Assembly (NCBI RefSeq): GCF_036497585.1
Contig: NZ_DASXJD010000196.1
Location: forward strand, 14,235 to 78,234
Source: Actinomycetospora sp.
Lineage (GTDB): Bacteria > Actinomycetota > Actinomycetes > Mycobacteriales > Pseudonocardiaceae
Reading direction: 5' to 3'
Length of the DNA: 64,000 nt
Positions 18,910 through 26,477 of this stretch are shown piece after piece. How positions within the stretch are numbered: position 1 is the first letter of the stretch; each line of letters starts with the position of its first letter. The notes under the pieces are model-generated. The model was not told the origin of the DNA. It saw nothing but the letters and a program-made list of their open reading frames with translations, and ran no database searches. The position numbers were made by a program, and so were the translations under genes.

Positions 18910-19297
18910 GCGCAGCGCCGCCCAGCCCGGGGACGCCCAGCCCGGGGACGTCGAGGGGACCGCCGAGAGCACCGCCGAGGCGGTCTTCGCCGCCCTCGCC
19001 GACCCGACCCGGCGCGCGATCCTCGCCGACCTCGCGACCCACGGCCCGTCCACCGCGACCGACCTCGCGGGCCGGCTCCCGATCTCCCGCCAGGCCGTCA
19101 CCAAGCACCTCGACCGGCTGACCGGGGCGGCCCTGGTCAGCGTGGAGCCGGGGGAGCGGCGCCGCATCCGCCACCGCGTCCGGTCCGCCCCCATGCGCAC
19201 CGCGCAGCGCTACCTCGCCGCCCTGGCCCGCGACTGGGACGGCCCGCTCGCCGCCCTGCACGACCATCTCGATGCCACCGACCAGGAGGAGCCATGA
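18899..19297 (+). CDS. ArsR/SmtB family transcriptional regulator
   Basis: wHTH segment FAALADPTRRAILADLATHGPSTATDLAGRLPISRQAVTKHLDRL. The N-terminus contains a 15-bp tandem duplication (AQPGD x2, 18918-18947). Confidence 0.85.
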   Translation: MPPERSAAQPGDAQPGDVEGTAESTAEAVFAALADPTRRAILADLATHGPSTATDLAGRLPISRQAVTKHLDRLTGAALVSVEPGERRRIRHRVRSAPMRTAQRYLAALARDWDGPLAALHDHLDATDQEEP

Positions 19298-20001
19298 CCC
19301 TGCCCCCGATCGTCGACGCCGCCGCGTGGGAACGCGCCCGCGCCGACCTGCTCGCCGCCGAGAAGGACCTCACCCACGCCCGCGACGCGCTCGCGGCCCG
19401 CCGCCGGCGGCTGCCGATGACGCCCTTCGGAGCCCACCACGTCTTCACCACCCCGACCGGCCCGCGGACCCTGCTCGACCTGTTCGACTGCCGCGGGACG
19501 CTCGTGGTCTACCAGTTCATGGACCGCGGGCCCGACGCCTACTGCGGCGGCTGCACGTGGTTCACGGACAACGTCCCGGCCAGCGCGCCGCGCCTGCTCG
19601 CCGAGCACGACGTGACGTGGCTGCACGTGACGGACATGCCGCTCGAGCAGGCGCAGCACTACTGGCGGGAACGGGGGTGGACGCTGCCGGTGGTCTCCTC
19701 ACGGGGCACCACCTTCTCGGCCGACACCGGCGCCGGTGAGGGCTTCGGCTTCTCCGTGTTCGTCCGCGACGGCGACGCGGTGCACCGGACCTACGCGACG
19801 ACGGGGCGCGGGATCGAGCACCTCGCGTTCGTGACGACGCTGCTCGACCTCACCCCGCACGGCCGGGGGGAGGACTGGGAGGACTCCCCGGAGGGTGTCG
19901 AGCAGGTCCCCTCGGCGATGATGCCGAACCTGCTGACGACCGCGGACGTGGCCACCAGCTTCGGCCGGTTCCGCCGGGCGGGCGCACCCACGGGAGCGTG
20001 A
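19294..20001 (+). CDS. DUF899 thioredoxin-fold protein
   Basis: Translation RRRRLPMTPF..., LVVYQFM...CGGCTWFTDN, FVRDGDAVHRTYATTGRGIE. ATGA overlap with the ArsR gene. The last 30 aa or so look atypical. Confidence 0.8.
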   Translation: MTLPPIVDAAAWERARADLLAAEKDLTHARDALAARRRRLPMTPFGAHHVFTTPTGPRTLLDLFDCRGTLVVYQFMDRGPDAYCGGCTWFTDNVPASAPRLLAEHDVTWLHVTDMPLEQAQHYWRERGWTLPVVSSRGTTFSADTGAGEGFGFSVFVRDGDAVHRTYATTGRGIEHLAFVTTLLDLTPHGRGEDWEDSPEGVEQVPSAMMPNLLTTADVATSFGRFRRAGAPTGA

Positions 20002-20674
20002 TCAGCGCCCACACCCCGACGACGAGCGCCGCCTCGACGAGCAGGTACCACGGCCACGGCCCGAGCACGTCGAGCAGCGACGCCGTCTCGGGCTTGTGGC
20101 CGAGGTAGCCGTAGTTCGCCCCGGTCACCACGTTGACGACCTGCGCCGGCACCGCCCACAGCACCGTCGCGCCGAGGGCGACCCGGTAGTCCCACCACGT
20201 CGGGTGCCGGCGCAGACCCCAGGTGAGCAGGACCGCGATCCACACGACGAGGACGTGGTCGCTGAAGAACACCAGGAACGACGGCGCCGGGAAGTCGGCG
20301 CCGCCCAGCGCCGGGGTGAGCAGCGCCTGCACGGAGAGCGTGAGGCCCCAGTAGTAGGTCAGCACCGTCGCCCACCGCTGCCCGGACACGACGGCCCACG
20401 CCGCGGCGTAGGGCGCGAGGTCGGAGAGCTGCAGGGGCAGGGTGAGCCCGGGACGGGCCGGGTCGAACGCGGCGACCTGGTAGCCGGCGGTGACGAGGGT
20501 GAGGGCGCCCGCGAGGACGAGCCCGGCGACCCGCACCGTCCGGGCGTCGCCGCGGCGCGCGAGCTCGACGAGCCCGATCGCCCCGAGCACGGTGACCGTG
20601 AGGACGGCGAGGTGCGACGTGCCCCAGGGCAGGAAGATCCTGTCGGGGGCGGCGAGGGGCACGACGGCGTGCAC
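19850..20674 (-). CDS. YwaF/TIGR02206-like integral membrane protein
   Basis: Translation LPLQLSDLAPYAAAWAVV, FFSDHVLVVWIAVLL. About 7 helices. The last 45 codons or so are low-complexity and overlap the 3' end of the DUF899 gene. Confidence 0.6.
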   Translation of the reverse strand: MHAVVPLAAPDRIFLPWGTSHLAVLTVTVLGAIGLVELARRGDARTVRVAGLVLAGALTLVTAGYQVAAFDPARPGLTLPLQLSDLAPYAAAWAVVSGQRWATVLTYYWGLTLSVQALLTPALGGADFPAPSFLVFFSDHVLVVWIAVLLTWGLRRHPTWWDYRVALGATVLWAVPAQVVNVVTGANYGYLGHKPETASLLDVLGPWPWYLLVEAALVVGVWALITLPWVRPPGGTGRSWWPRPRSSAGSASSPRGPARHPPGSPPSPPPGRAG

Positions 20675-20714
20675 CGGGCCGATCGTCCTCGCCCTCCTCG
20701 CGGCCGCGGAACCC

Positions 20715-21917
20715 TCAGGCGGCCAGCGCGACCGGATCCTCGCCGCTCGCCGCGTCCGCCCCGACCTCCGCGCCCGCGACCACCGCCCACGCCGCGATCG
20801 GCACCGCGACCGCGCCGAGCGTGAGGTCGGCGCTCCACACCGCGCCGGTCTCGACCAGCGCGCGGGCCAGCGAGAGCAGCGAGGGCGCCACCAGCACCGC
20901 CGCAGCGCACCACGCGACCGCCACCTCCGACGCCGGCCGCAGCCACCACAGCGCCGCGGCGAGCAGCAGCGCCGCCGCGAGCCCGATCACGACGATGCCG
21001 ACCGAGAGCCCACGCTCGTCGGTCACCTTCGCCGCCACGTGCAACGGCGAGAACCGGGCGAGCCCGCCGAGCAGGAACGGCACGATCAGCACCAGCCACA
21101 CCAGGCCCGCGACGCCCCCGACCAGCAACCCCCGCCGCCGTCCCGCCCGCAGCCCCACGGCCACCGCGACGATCGCGACGACGAGCGCCAGGTGCGGCCG
21201 GGTGCAGGTGGCCACCCCGAGCGCCACCGCGGCCGCCGTCAGGAGCCGCACCGACCCGCCGTCGGGACGAGCCGTCCGCAGCGTCCACACCGCCGCGGCG
21301 AGGGCGGGCACGGTCCCGGCGACCAGGTCATCGCCGATGAGGAACTCGCGCCACACCTCGAGGCCGCCGGCGACGGTCAGCAGCCACACCAGGGTCGGGC
21401 CCGGCCGCAACCGCCAGCCGCCGTGCAGCAGCGGCAGCAGCAGCGCGGTCCACGCGACGTTCTGCCAGGCCGCCGAGCCGAGCAGGAACCGGAACGGGGC
21501 CGCCAGCACGAGCGCCCCGGGCAGCGGGGTGATCGGGTTCCCCAGGTAGGTCGTCGCGGCGTAGGGGTAGCGGCCCGCGGCGAGCTCGCCCAGGGCCACG
21601 TCGAGGGCGTTCGCGCGGTCGCTGCCGACCCCGAGGACGAGGTCGTCGGCGGGGGGCACGCCGACGACGAACACCGTGGTGAGCGTCCCCAGGCAGGCCA
21701 CGACGAGCACGGGCAGCACCCACCACGGCGCACGGGCCAGCAGCTCCGTCGCCGCCGGGAGCAGCAGCGCCACCACCCCGGCCGCGACGGCGTACCACGC
21801 GGCCGCGGGCGGCCCGCCCAGGTTCATCGCGGTGTGGGTGGACACCACGACGAGGACGGCGGCGAACGCGACGGGGCCGCAGGCGCCCGCCACCGACCTA
21901 CATGAAGCTGGTGTCAC
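20715..21917 (-). CDS. polytopic membrane protein, GT-C/GT87-like (putative glycosyl- or acyl-transferase)
   Basis: About 10-11 helices. The first loop (GSDRANALDVALGELAAGRYPYAATTYLGNPITPLPGALVLAAPF) resembles the D...Y...PFTYPP loop of DUF2029/GT87 proteins. Start is uncertain (21917 or ATG 21827). Confidence 0.55.
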   Translation of the reverse strand: MTPASCRSVAGACGPVAFAAVLVVVSTHTAMNLGGPPAAAWYAVAAGVVALLLPAATELLARAPWWVLPVLVVACLGTLTTVFVVGVPPADDLVLGVGSDRANALDVALGELAAGRYPYAATTYLGNPITPLPGALVLAAPFRFLLGSAAWQNVAWTALLLPLLHGGWRLRPGPTLVWLLTVAGGLEVWREFLIGDDLVAGTVPALAAAVWTLRTARPDGGSVRLLTAAAVALGVATCTRPHLALVVAIVAVAVGLRAGRRRGLLVGGVAGLVWLVLIVPFLLGGLARFSPLHVAAKVTDERGLSVGIVVIGLAAALLLAAALWWLRPASEVAVAWCAAAVLVAPSLLSLARALVETGAVWSADLTLGAVAVPIAAWAVVAGAEVGADAASGEDPVALAA

Positions 21918-23049
21918 CGTCGTACTCGGAGGGGTCCCACGCGTCCGGGTGCGCCAGGGTGTCGGCGAGGTCCGGGTCGGTCGTGCGGTAGTAGAAGGAC
22001 CAGGCGGCCTTGGTGATCCGGTAGGGCGCGACGTCGTCGAAGCCGCTCATCTTCGGGATGTCGCAGCCGTTGTGCTCGAGCATGCCCAGCCGGGCGTCGG
22101 CGCTGCGCTCGGCCGCCGCGCGGGCGAGGCCGGGCAGCAGGTCGACCGCGTCCTCGACGGTCTGGTAGTCGACGATCTTCATGCTGCGCATGCCCGTCGG
22201 GCGGGTGTACTCCTTGACCACGCAGAACGCGCGGATCGACCCGGCCCGCTCGGCGGTGTAGACCCAGAGCCGCCCGGCGCGCAGCGGGATGCGGTAGTGC
22301 CATTCGAGGGTCGCCCGGTCCCGGACGGCCAGCAGCATGTCCGCGTGCTTCGCGCGCAGCTCCTCCCAGAATGCGTCGAACCGGTCGTCGAAGCCGCGGG
22401 CCTCGACGATCTCGACGCCCTCCGGCGGCCCGGCCAACTTCCGGGCGGTGGCGCCCTCCTTGACGGCGAGCCCCGCCGCGGCCGGCACGGAGAGGGCCCC
22501 CGCCAGGGGGATCCCCTTCATCGCCAGCACCTCGCGGGTGAAGGACCGACGGTTGGTGACGACGTAGGCGGCCCTGCCCCAGTCCCCGAGCGGGACCCGG
22601 GTGCCGTACGCCTGCCAGATCGTCGTCGCGCCCACCCCGACGTTGGAGCTGGCGACGAAGTCGGCCTGCTCCTGCTCGAAGTACTCGTCCATGAGCAGCG
22701 CCGCGTAGCCGCGGTGCTCCTCGGTGACGGCCCAGGCGAGACCGTTGCCGCAGATCTTCTCCTCGCCGTGCAGCACGTAGGGCGAGGGCACGTTGGTGAC
22801 CGCCCCGACGATCGACCCGTCCGGGTCCTCGAGGACCCACCCGACGGTCCAGCGGTCCTTCAACCGGGGCCAGAGCGGGTTCTCCTCGAACAGCGCCCGC
22901 CGGTCCTCCGGCGAGAAGATGTTCGTCAGGAACCGCGACTCGAGCCCGTGCATGGCGGGGAAGTCGTCGAAGGTCGCCGGCCGCAGCTCGGGCGGTTCGA
23001 CGAAGGCCGTCGGCGCGGCGGCCGCTGTCCCGGTGGACTCCGCGCTCAC
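21898..23049 (-). CDS. two-domain GNAT-fold acyltransferase-like protein
   Basis: 383 aa. N-terminal GNAT-like core (GWVLEDPDGSIVGAV...LAWAVTEEHRGYAALLMDEYF) and a second GNAT-like half (LWVYTAERAGSIRAFCVVKEY...MKIVDYQ). 4-bp overlap with the P450 stop. Confidence 0.65.
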   Translation of the reverse strand: MSAESTGTAAAAPTAFVEPPELRPATFDDFPAMHGLESRFLTNIFSPEDRRALFEENPLWPRLKDRWTVGWVLEDPDGSIVGAVTNVPSPYVLHGEEKICGNGLAWAVTEEHRGYAALLMDEYFEQEQADFVASSNVGVGATTIWQAYGTRVPLGDWGRAAYVVTNRRSFTREVLAMKGIPLAGALSVPAAAGLAVKEGATARKLAGPPEGVEIVEARGFDDRFDAFWEELRAKHADMLLAVRDRATLEWHYRIPLRAGRLWVYTAERAGSIRAFCVVKEYTRPTGMRSMKIVDYQTVEDAVDLLPGLARAAAERSADARLGMLEHNGCDIPKMSGFDDVAPYRITKAAWSFYYRTTDPDLADTLAHPDAWDPSEYDGDTSFM

Positions 23050-24299
23050 GTGCCGGACACCTCCAGCGGCAGGGCGGTGAGCCCGCGCAGCCCGAGGTTC
23101 TCGCGCCAGGTCAGCGGCTCGTCGGTGAGCTCGATCGTCGGGAGCCGCCGCAGCAGCGTCTCGAAGCCGATGCGGCCCTCAAGGCGGGCCAGCGGCGCGC
23201 CGAAGCAGAAGTGCGCGCCCCACGCGAAGGCGACGTGGCGGTTGTCGGTGCGGGCCAGGTCGAGCCGGTCGGGGTCTCCGAAGCGCTGCGGGTCGCGGTT
23301 GGCCGACCCCATCACCGCGATCACCGCCTGCTTCTTCCCGATCTGCTTGCCCCCGAGCTCGAGGTCGCGGGGCGCGAGGCGGGCGGTGTGCTGGCTGGGG
23401 CTCTCGAAGCGCAGCAGCTCCTCCACCGCGGAGTCCATCAGCTCCGGGTGGGCGCGCAGCCGGGCCATCGCCTCGGGGTCGCGCAGCAGCGCGAGCAGCC
23501 CGTTGCCGAACAGGTTGGTGGTGGTCTCGAGACCGCCGACCATGGTGACGATGCAGTTGGCGACGATCTCCTCGGTGGTGAACCGGTCGCCGTCGACCTC
23601 GGCCTGGATGTAGGCCGAGACCAGCCCGTCCACCGGCTTCTCGCGCTGCGCCTCGACCTCCCTCGTGAAGTAGGCGATGAGGTTCTGCACCGCCTCGAGC
23701 ACGCCGCCGAGCCGCTCGGGGTTGTGCTGGAAGTTGCCCAGCATCTCGGCGAACGTCGTCGACCAGCGCTTGAGGTCCATGTGGTCCTCGACCGGCACGC
23801 CCAGGAGGTCGGTGGTGACCATCGCGGGCAGCGGGTCGGCGAAGTCGGCCATGAGCTCCATGTGGCCGTCGCCGCGGGCGAGGACCTGGTCGAGGAGCTG
23901 CTCACCGATCTCGGCGATGCGCTGGTCGAGCACCGCGACCCGCGCCGGGGTGAACGCCGCGCTCGCGAGCCGCCGGACCCGGGGGTGCTCCGGGGAGTCC
24001 ATGAACAGCATCATGCGGACCATCAGCTCGGCGACCGGCGCGACCTCCGGGACCCCGAGCAGCTCGAAGTACTCCGGCGGTGGGGTGCGGCGGGCCGAGA
24101 ACCGCTTCAGCACGGTCGTGACGTCGTCGTAGCCGGTGACCACCCAGGCGTGCAGGAACGGGTCCCAGTGCACCGGGTCGGTGGTGCGCAGGTTCTTGTA
24201 CAGCGGGTACGGGTCGGCCAGCACCTCGGGGTCGAGCAGCTCGGCGTAGCTGCGCGTCTCCTCCTCGAGCTCCGGGGCGACGGTGCTCTGCTCGGTCAT
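23046..24299 (-). CDS. cytochrome P450
   Basis: Heme-Cys loop FAWGAHFCFGAPLARLE, I-helix MVGGLETTTN, ExxR (ELLRFESP). ATGA overlap with the NRPS gene stop. Confidence 0.9.
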   Translation of the reverse strand: MTEQSTVAPELEEETRSYAELLDPEVLADPYPLYKNLRTTDPVHWDPFLHAWVVTGYDDVTTVLKRFSARRTPPPEYFELLGVPEVAPVAELMVRMMLFMDSPEHPRVRRLASAAFTPARVAVLDQRIAEIGEQLLDQVLARGDGHMELMADFADPLPAMVTTDLLGVPVEDHMDLKRWSTTFAEMLGNFQHNPERLGGVLEAVQNLIAYFTREVEAQREKPVDGLVSAYIQAEVDGDRFTTEEIVANCIVTMVGGLETTTNLFGNGLLALLRDPEAMARLRAHPELMDSAVEELLRFESPSQHTARLAPRDLELGGKQIGKKQAVIAVMGSANRDPQRFGDPDRLDLARTDNRHVAFAWGAHFCFGAPLARLEGRIGFETLLRRLPTIELTDEPLTWRENLGLRGLTALPLEVSGT

Positions 24300-26122
24300 G
24301 CGCTCGCCTCCTGCTGCTGCTGGGCGACCTCGGCGGCGATCGCCGAGACCGTCGGGCCGCGGAAGAGCTGCCGCAGCGTCATCTTGACCCCGTAGCGCTG
24401 CCGGACCCTCGAGACCACCTGCATGGCCAGCATCGAGTGGCCGCCGAGCAGGAAGATGTTGTCGTCCTCGCCGACCTGGCCGAGGTTGAGCAGCTCGGCG
24501 ATCAGCTCGCCGAGCCAGACCTTGACGTCGTCGGTGCTCTCCCCGGCCGGCGACGCCGCCGGCTCGGCGACCACGGCCGGCCGGGGCAGGGCCGCCCGGT
24601 CGAGCTTGCCGTTGGGGGTCATCGGCAGCGCGTCCAGGGTCACGACGTGGGCGGGCACCATGTAGTCGGGCAGCTGCGCGGCGAGGAAGGCGCGGACCTC
24701 CGCGGCGGCCGGCGGCTGGTCGCCCGAGGCGACGACGTAGGCCACCAGTTCCCGCTCGCCCTCGCCCGACTCGTCACCCAGCACGGTCACGGTGCCGGCG
24801 CCGACGCCGGGGGCCTGGGTGAGCCAGCTGGTGATCTCCGCCGGCTCGATCCGGTAGCCGCGGACCTTGACCTGGTCGTCGAGGCGGCCGAGGAAGATCA
24901 GCCGGCCGTCGTCCAGGCGCCGGACGCGGTCACCGGTGCGGTAGGCCCGCACCGTCTCGCCGTCGCCGGTGCGCACGGTGACGAAGCGCTCGGCGGTGCG
25001 CTCGGGGTCATGGCGGTAGCCGCGCCCGACGTGCGGCCCGGCCAGCACCAGCTCACCCGGCTCGCCCTCGCCGACCGGGCGCTGGGCCTCGTCGAGCAGC
25101 AGCGCGAGCGTGCCCGGGATCGGCCGGCCGATCGAGGGCGGGCCGGGGTGGTTCCCCTCCGGGCCGACCTCGCCCGAGGTCGCCACCACCGTGCACTCGG
25201 TCGGCCCGTAGTTGTTGACCAGGGTGAACGGCAGCCCCGCCAGCGGCCGGCGGTTGAGCCGCTCCGCCCCGGTCAGCAGGGTGCGCAGCGCGGTGTGGGC
25301 CGGCCACTGGGCCGCGATGAGCTGCTCGGCGAGCAGTGTGGGCGCGAAGCCGATCGTGATCTGCTTCTCGACCAGCCAGTCCTGGAGCAGCTGGGGCGAG
25401 CGGTGGGTCCCCTCGTCGGCGACGTGCAGCGCCGCGCCGGCCGCCAGCGGCGGCCAGATCTCCCAGACCGCCGCGTCGAAGCCGAGCCCGGCCACCTGCG
25501 AGGCGCGGTCGTCGCTGCTCACCTCGAACGCCGCGTTGTGCCAGTCGACCAGGTTCGCCAGGTTGGCGTGGGTGATCTCGACGCCCTTGGGGCGCCCGGT
25601 GCTGCCCGAGGTGTAGATCACGTACGCCAGGCTGTCCGGTCCGATGTGCGGATCCGCCGGCGTCTGCGGCGCCGGGACCAGGCTGCGCGGCTCGTCGAGG
25701 TCGATCACCGTCCACGGCCCGGCCGGCAGGGTGCCGGCGCGCTCGTGGTCGGTGAGCACGACCGCGGTGGCCGCGTCGCCCAGGATGTACTCGACCCGGT
25801 CGGCGGGGGTGGCCGGATCCAGCGGCAGGTACGCCGCCCCGGCCTTCATCACCGCCGCCGCCGCCAGGACGTAGCGCGCGGAGCGGGGCAGCAGGACGGC
25901 CACGCAGGACCCGGGGCGGGCGCCCGCGGCCTGCAGGGCCGCGGCCAACCGGTCGGCGCGGTCGTCGAGCTCCCCGTACGTCAGCGTCGTGTCCGGGCCC
26001 GTGACCGCGACGCGGTCGGCGGCACTCGCGCCGTGGGCGGCGATGCGCGCGGGCACCGGGACGGACGTGGCGGGCGCCTGCGCACTCGGGCGGGCGGGTG
26101 GCTCGACGGTGTCTGCCCTCAT
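24296..26122 (-). CDS. stand-alone NRPS adenylation-thiolation (A-T) didomain protein, predicted Leu-activating
   Basis: ATG 26122 (MRADTVEPP...). A3 YVIYTSGSTGRPKGV, A4 FDAAVWE, A5 NNYGPTE, A7 YRTGD, A8 GRLDDQVKVRGYRIE, A10 PNGKLDR, PCP LGGHSMLA. Hand alignment to GrsA gives the code D-A-W-F-L-G-N-V-V-K. No C, E, TE or R domain. Confidence 0.92.
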   Translation of the reverse strand: MRADTVEPPARPSAQAPATSVPVPARIAAHGASAADRVAVTGPDTTLTYGELDDRADRLAAALQAAGARPGSCVAVLLPRSARYVLAAAAVMKAGAAYLPLDPATPADRVEYILGDAATAVVLTDHERAGTLPAGPWTVIDLDEPRSLVPAPQTPADPHIGPDSLAYVIYTSGSTGRPKGVEITHANLANLVDWHNAAFEVSSDDRASQVAGLGFDAAVWEIWPPLAAGAALHVADEGTHRSPQLLQDWLVEKQITIGFAPTLLAEQLIAAQWPAHTALRTLLTGAERLNRRPLAGLPFTLVNNYGPTECTVVATSGEVGPEGNHPGPPSIGRPIPGTLALLLDEAQRPVGEGEPGELVLAGPHVGRGYRHDPERTAERFVTVRTGDGETVRAYRTGDRVRRLDDGRLIFLGRLDDQVKVRGYRIEPAEITSWLTQAPGVGAGTVTVLGDESGEGERELVAYVVASGDQPPAAAEVRAFLAAQLPDYMVPAHVVTLDALPMTPNGKLDRAALPRPAVVAEPAASPAGESTDDVKVWLGELIAELLNLGQVGEDDNIFLLGGHSMLAMQVVSRVRQRYGVKMTLRQLFRGPTVSAIAAEVAQQQQEASA

Positions 26123-26477
26123 CAGTCTCCGATCACACAGGTGGGCCGTGGTGCACGGCGGGCCCGGGCGTGGGCGGCGGCGGCGCCGACCACGGGGACG
26201 TCCGCTTCCGTGAATCGATCCAGGGCGGCCGGGAGACGGCGGCGAGCCGGGGACATCACTGCTCCCGCAGAGGACACGCCTACTCCCTTTGGCCAATCCG
26301 GACCCTAGCAACGTGACGCGTGGCGCCCGCCGAGGTTGTCCGGGTGCGTGATCACGACCCGGCTCGTCGGCACACGACCCCTTGACAACGAACGGACCCG
26401 CACCGCGACACGGGTGCCCCAGCCGACCGTGACACGATGCGGGCGCTTTCGTCGTCGACGGGGAGGAGCCCCGGAGC

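Noticed and set aside
23046-24299. Biarylitide-style mini-ORF in front of the second P450
   Set aside because: The P450 start overlaps the stop of the A-T gene (ATGA), so there is no room for a separate precursor ORF.
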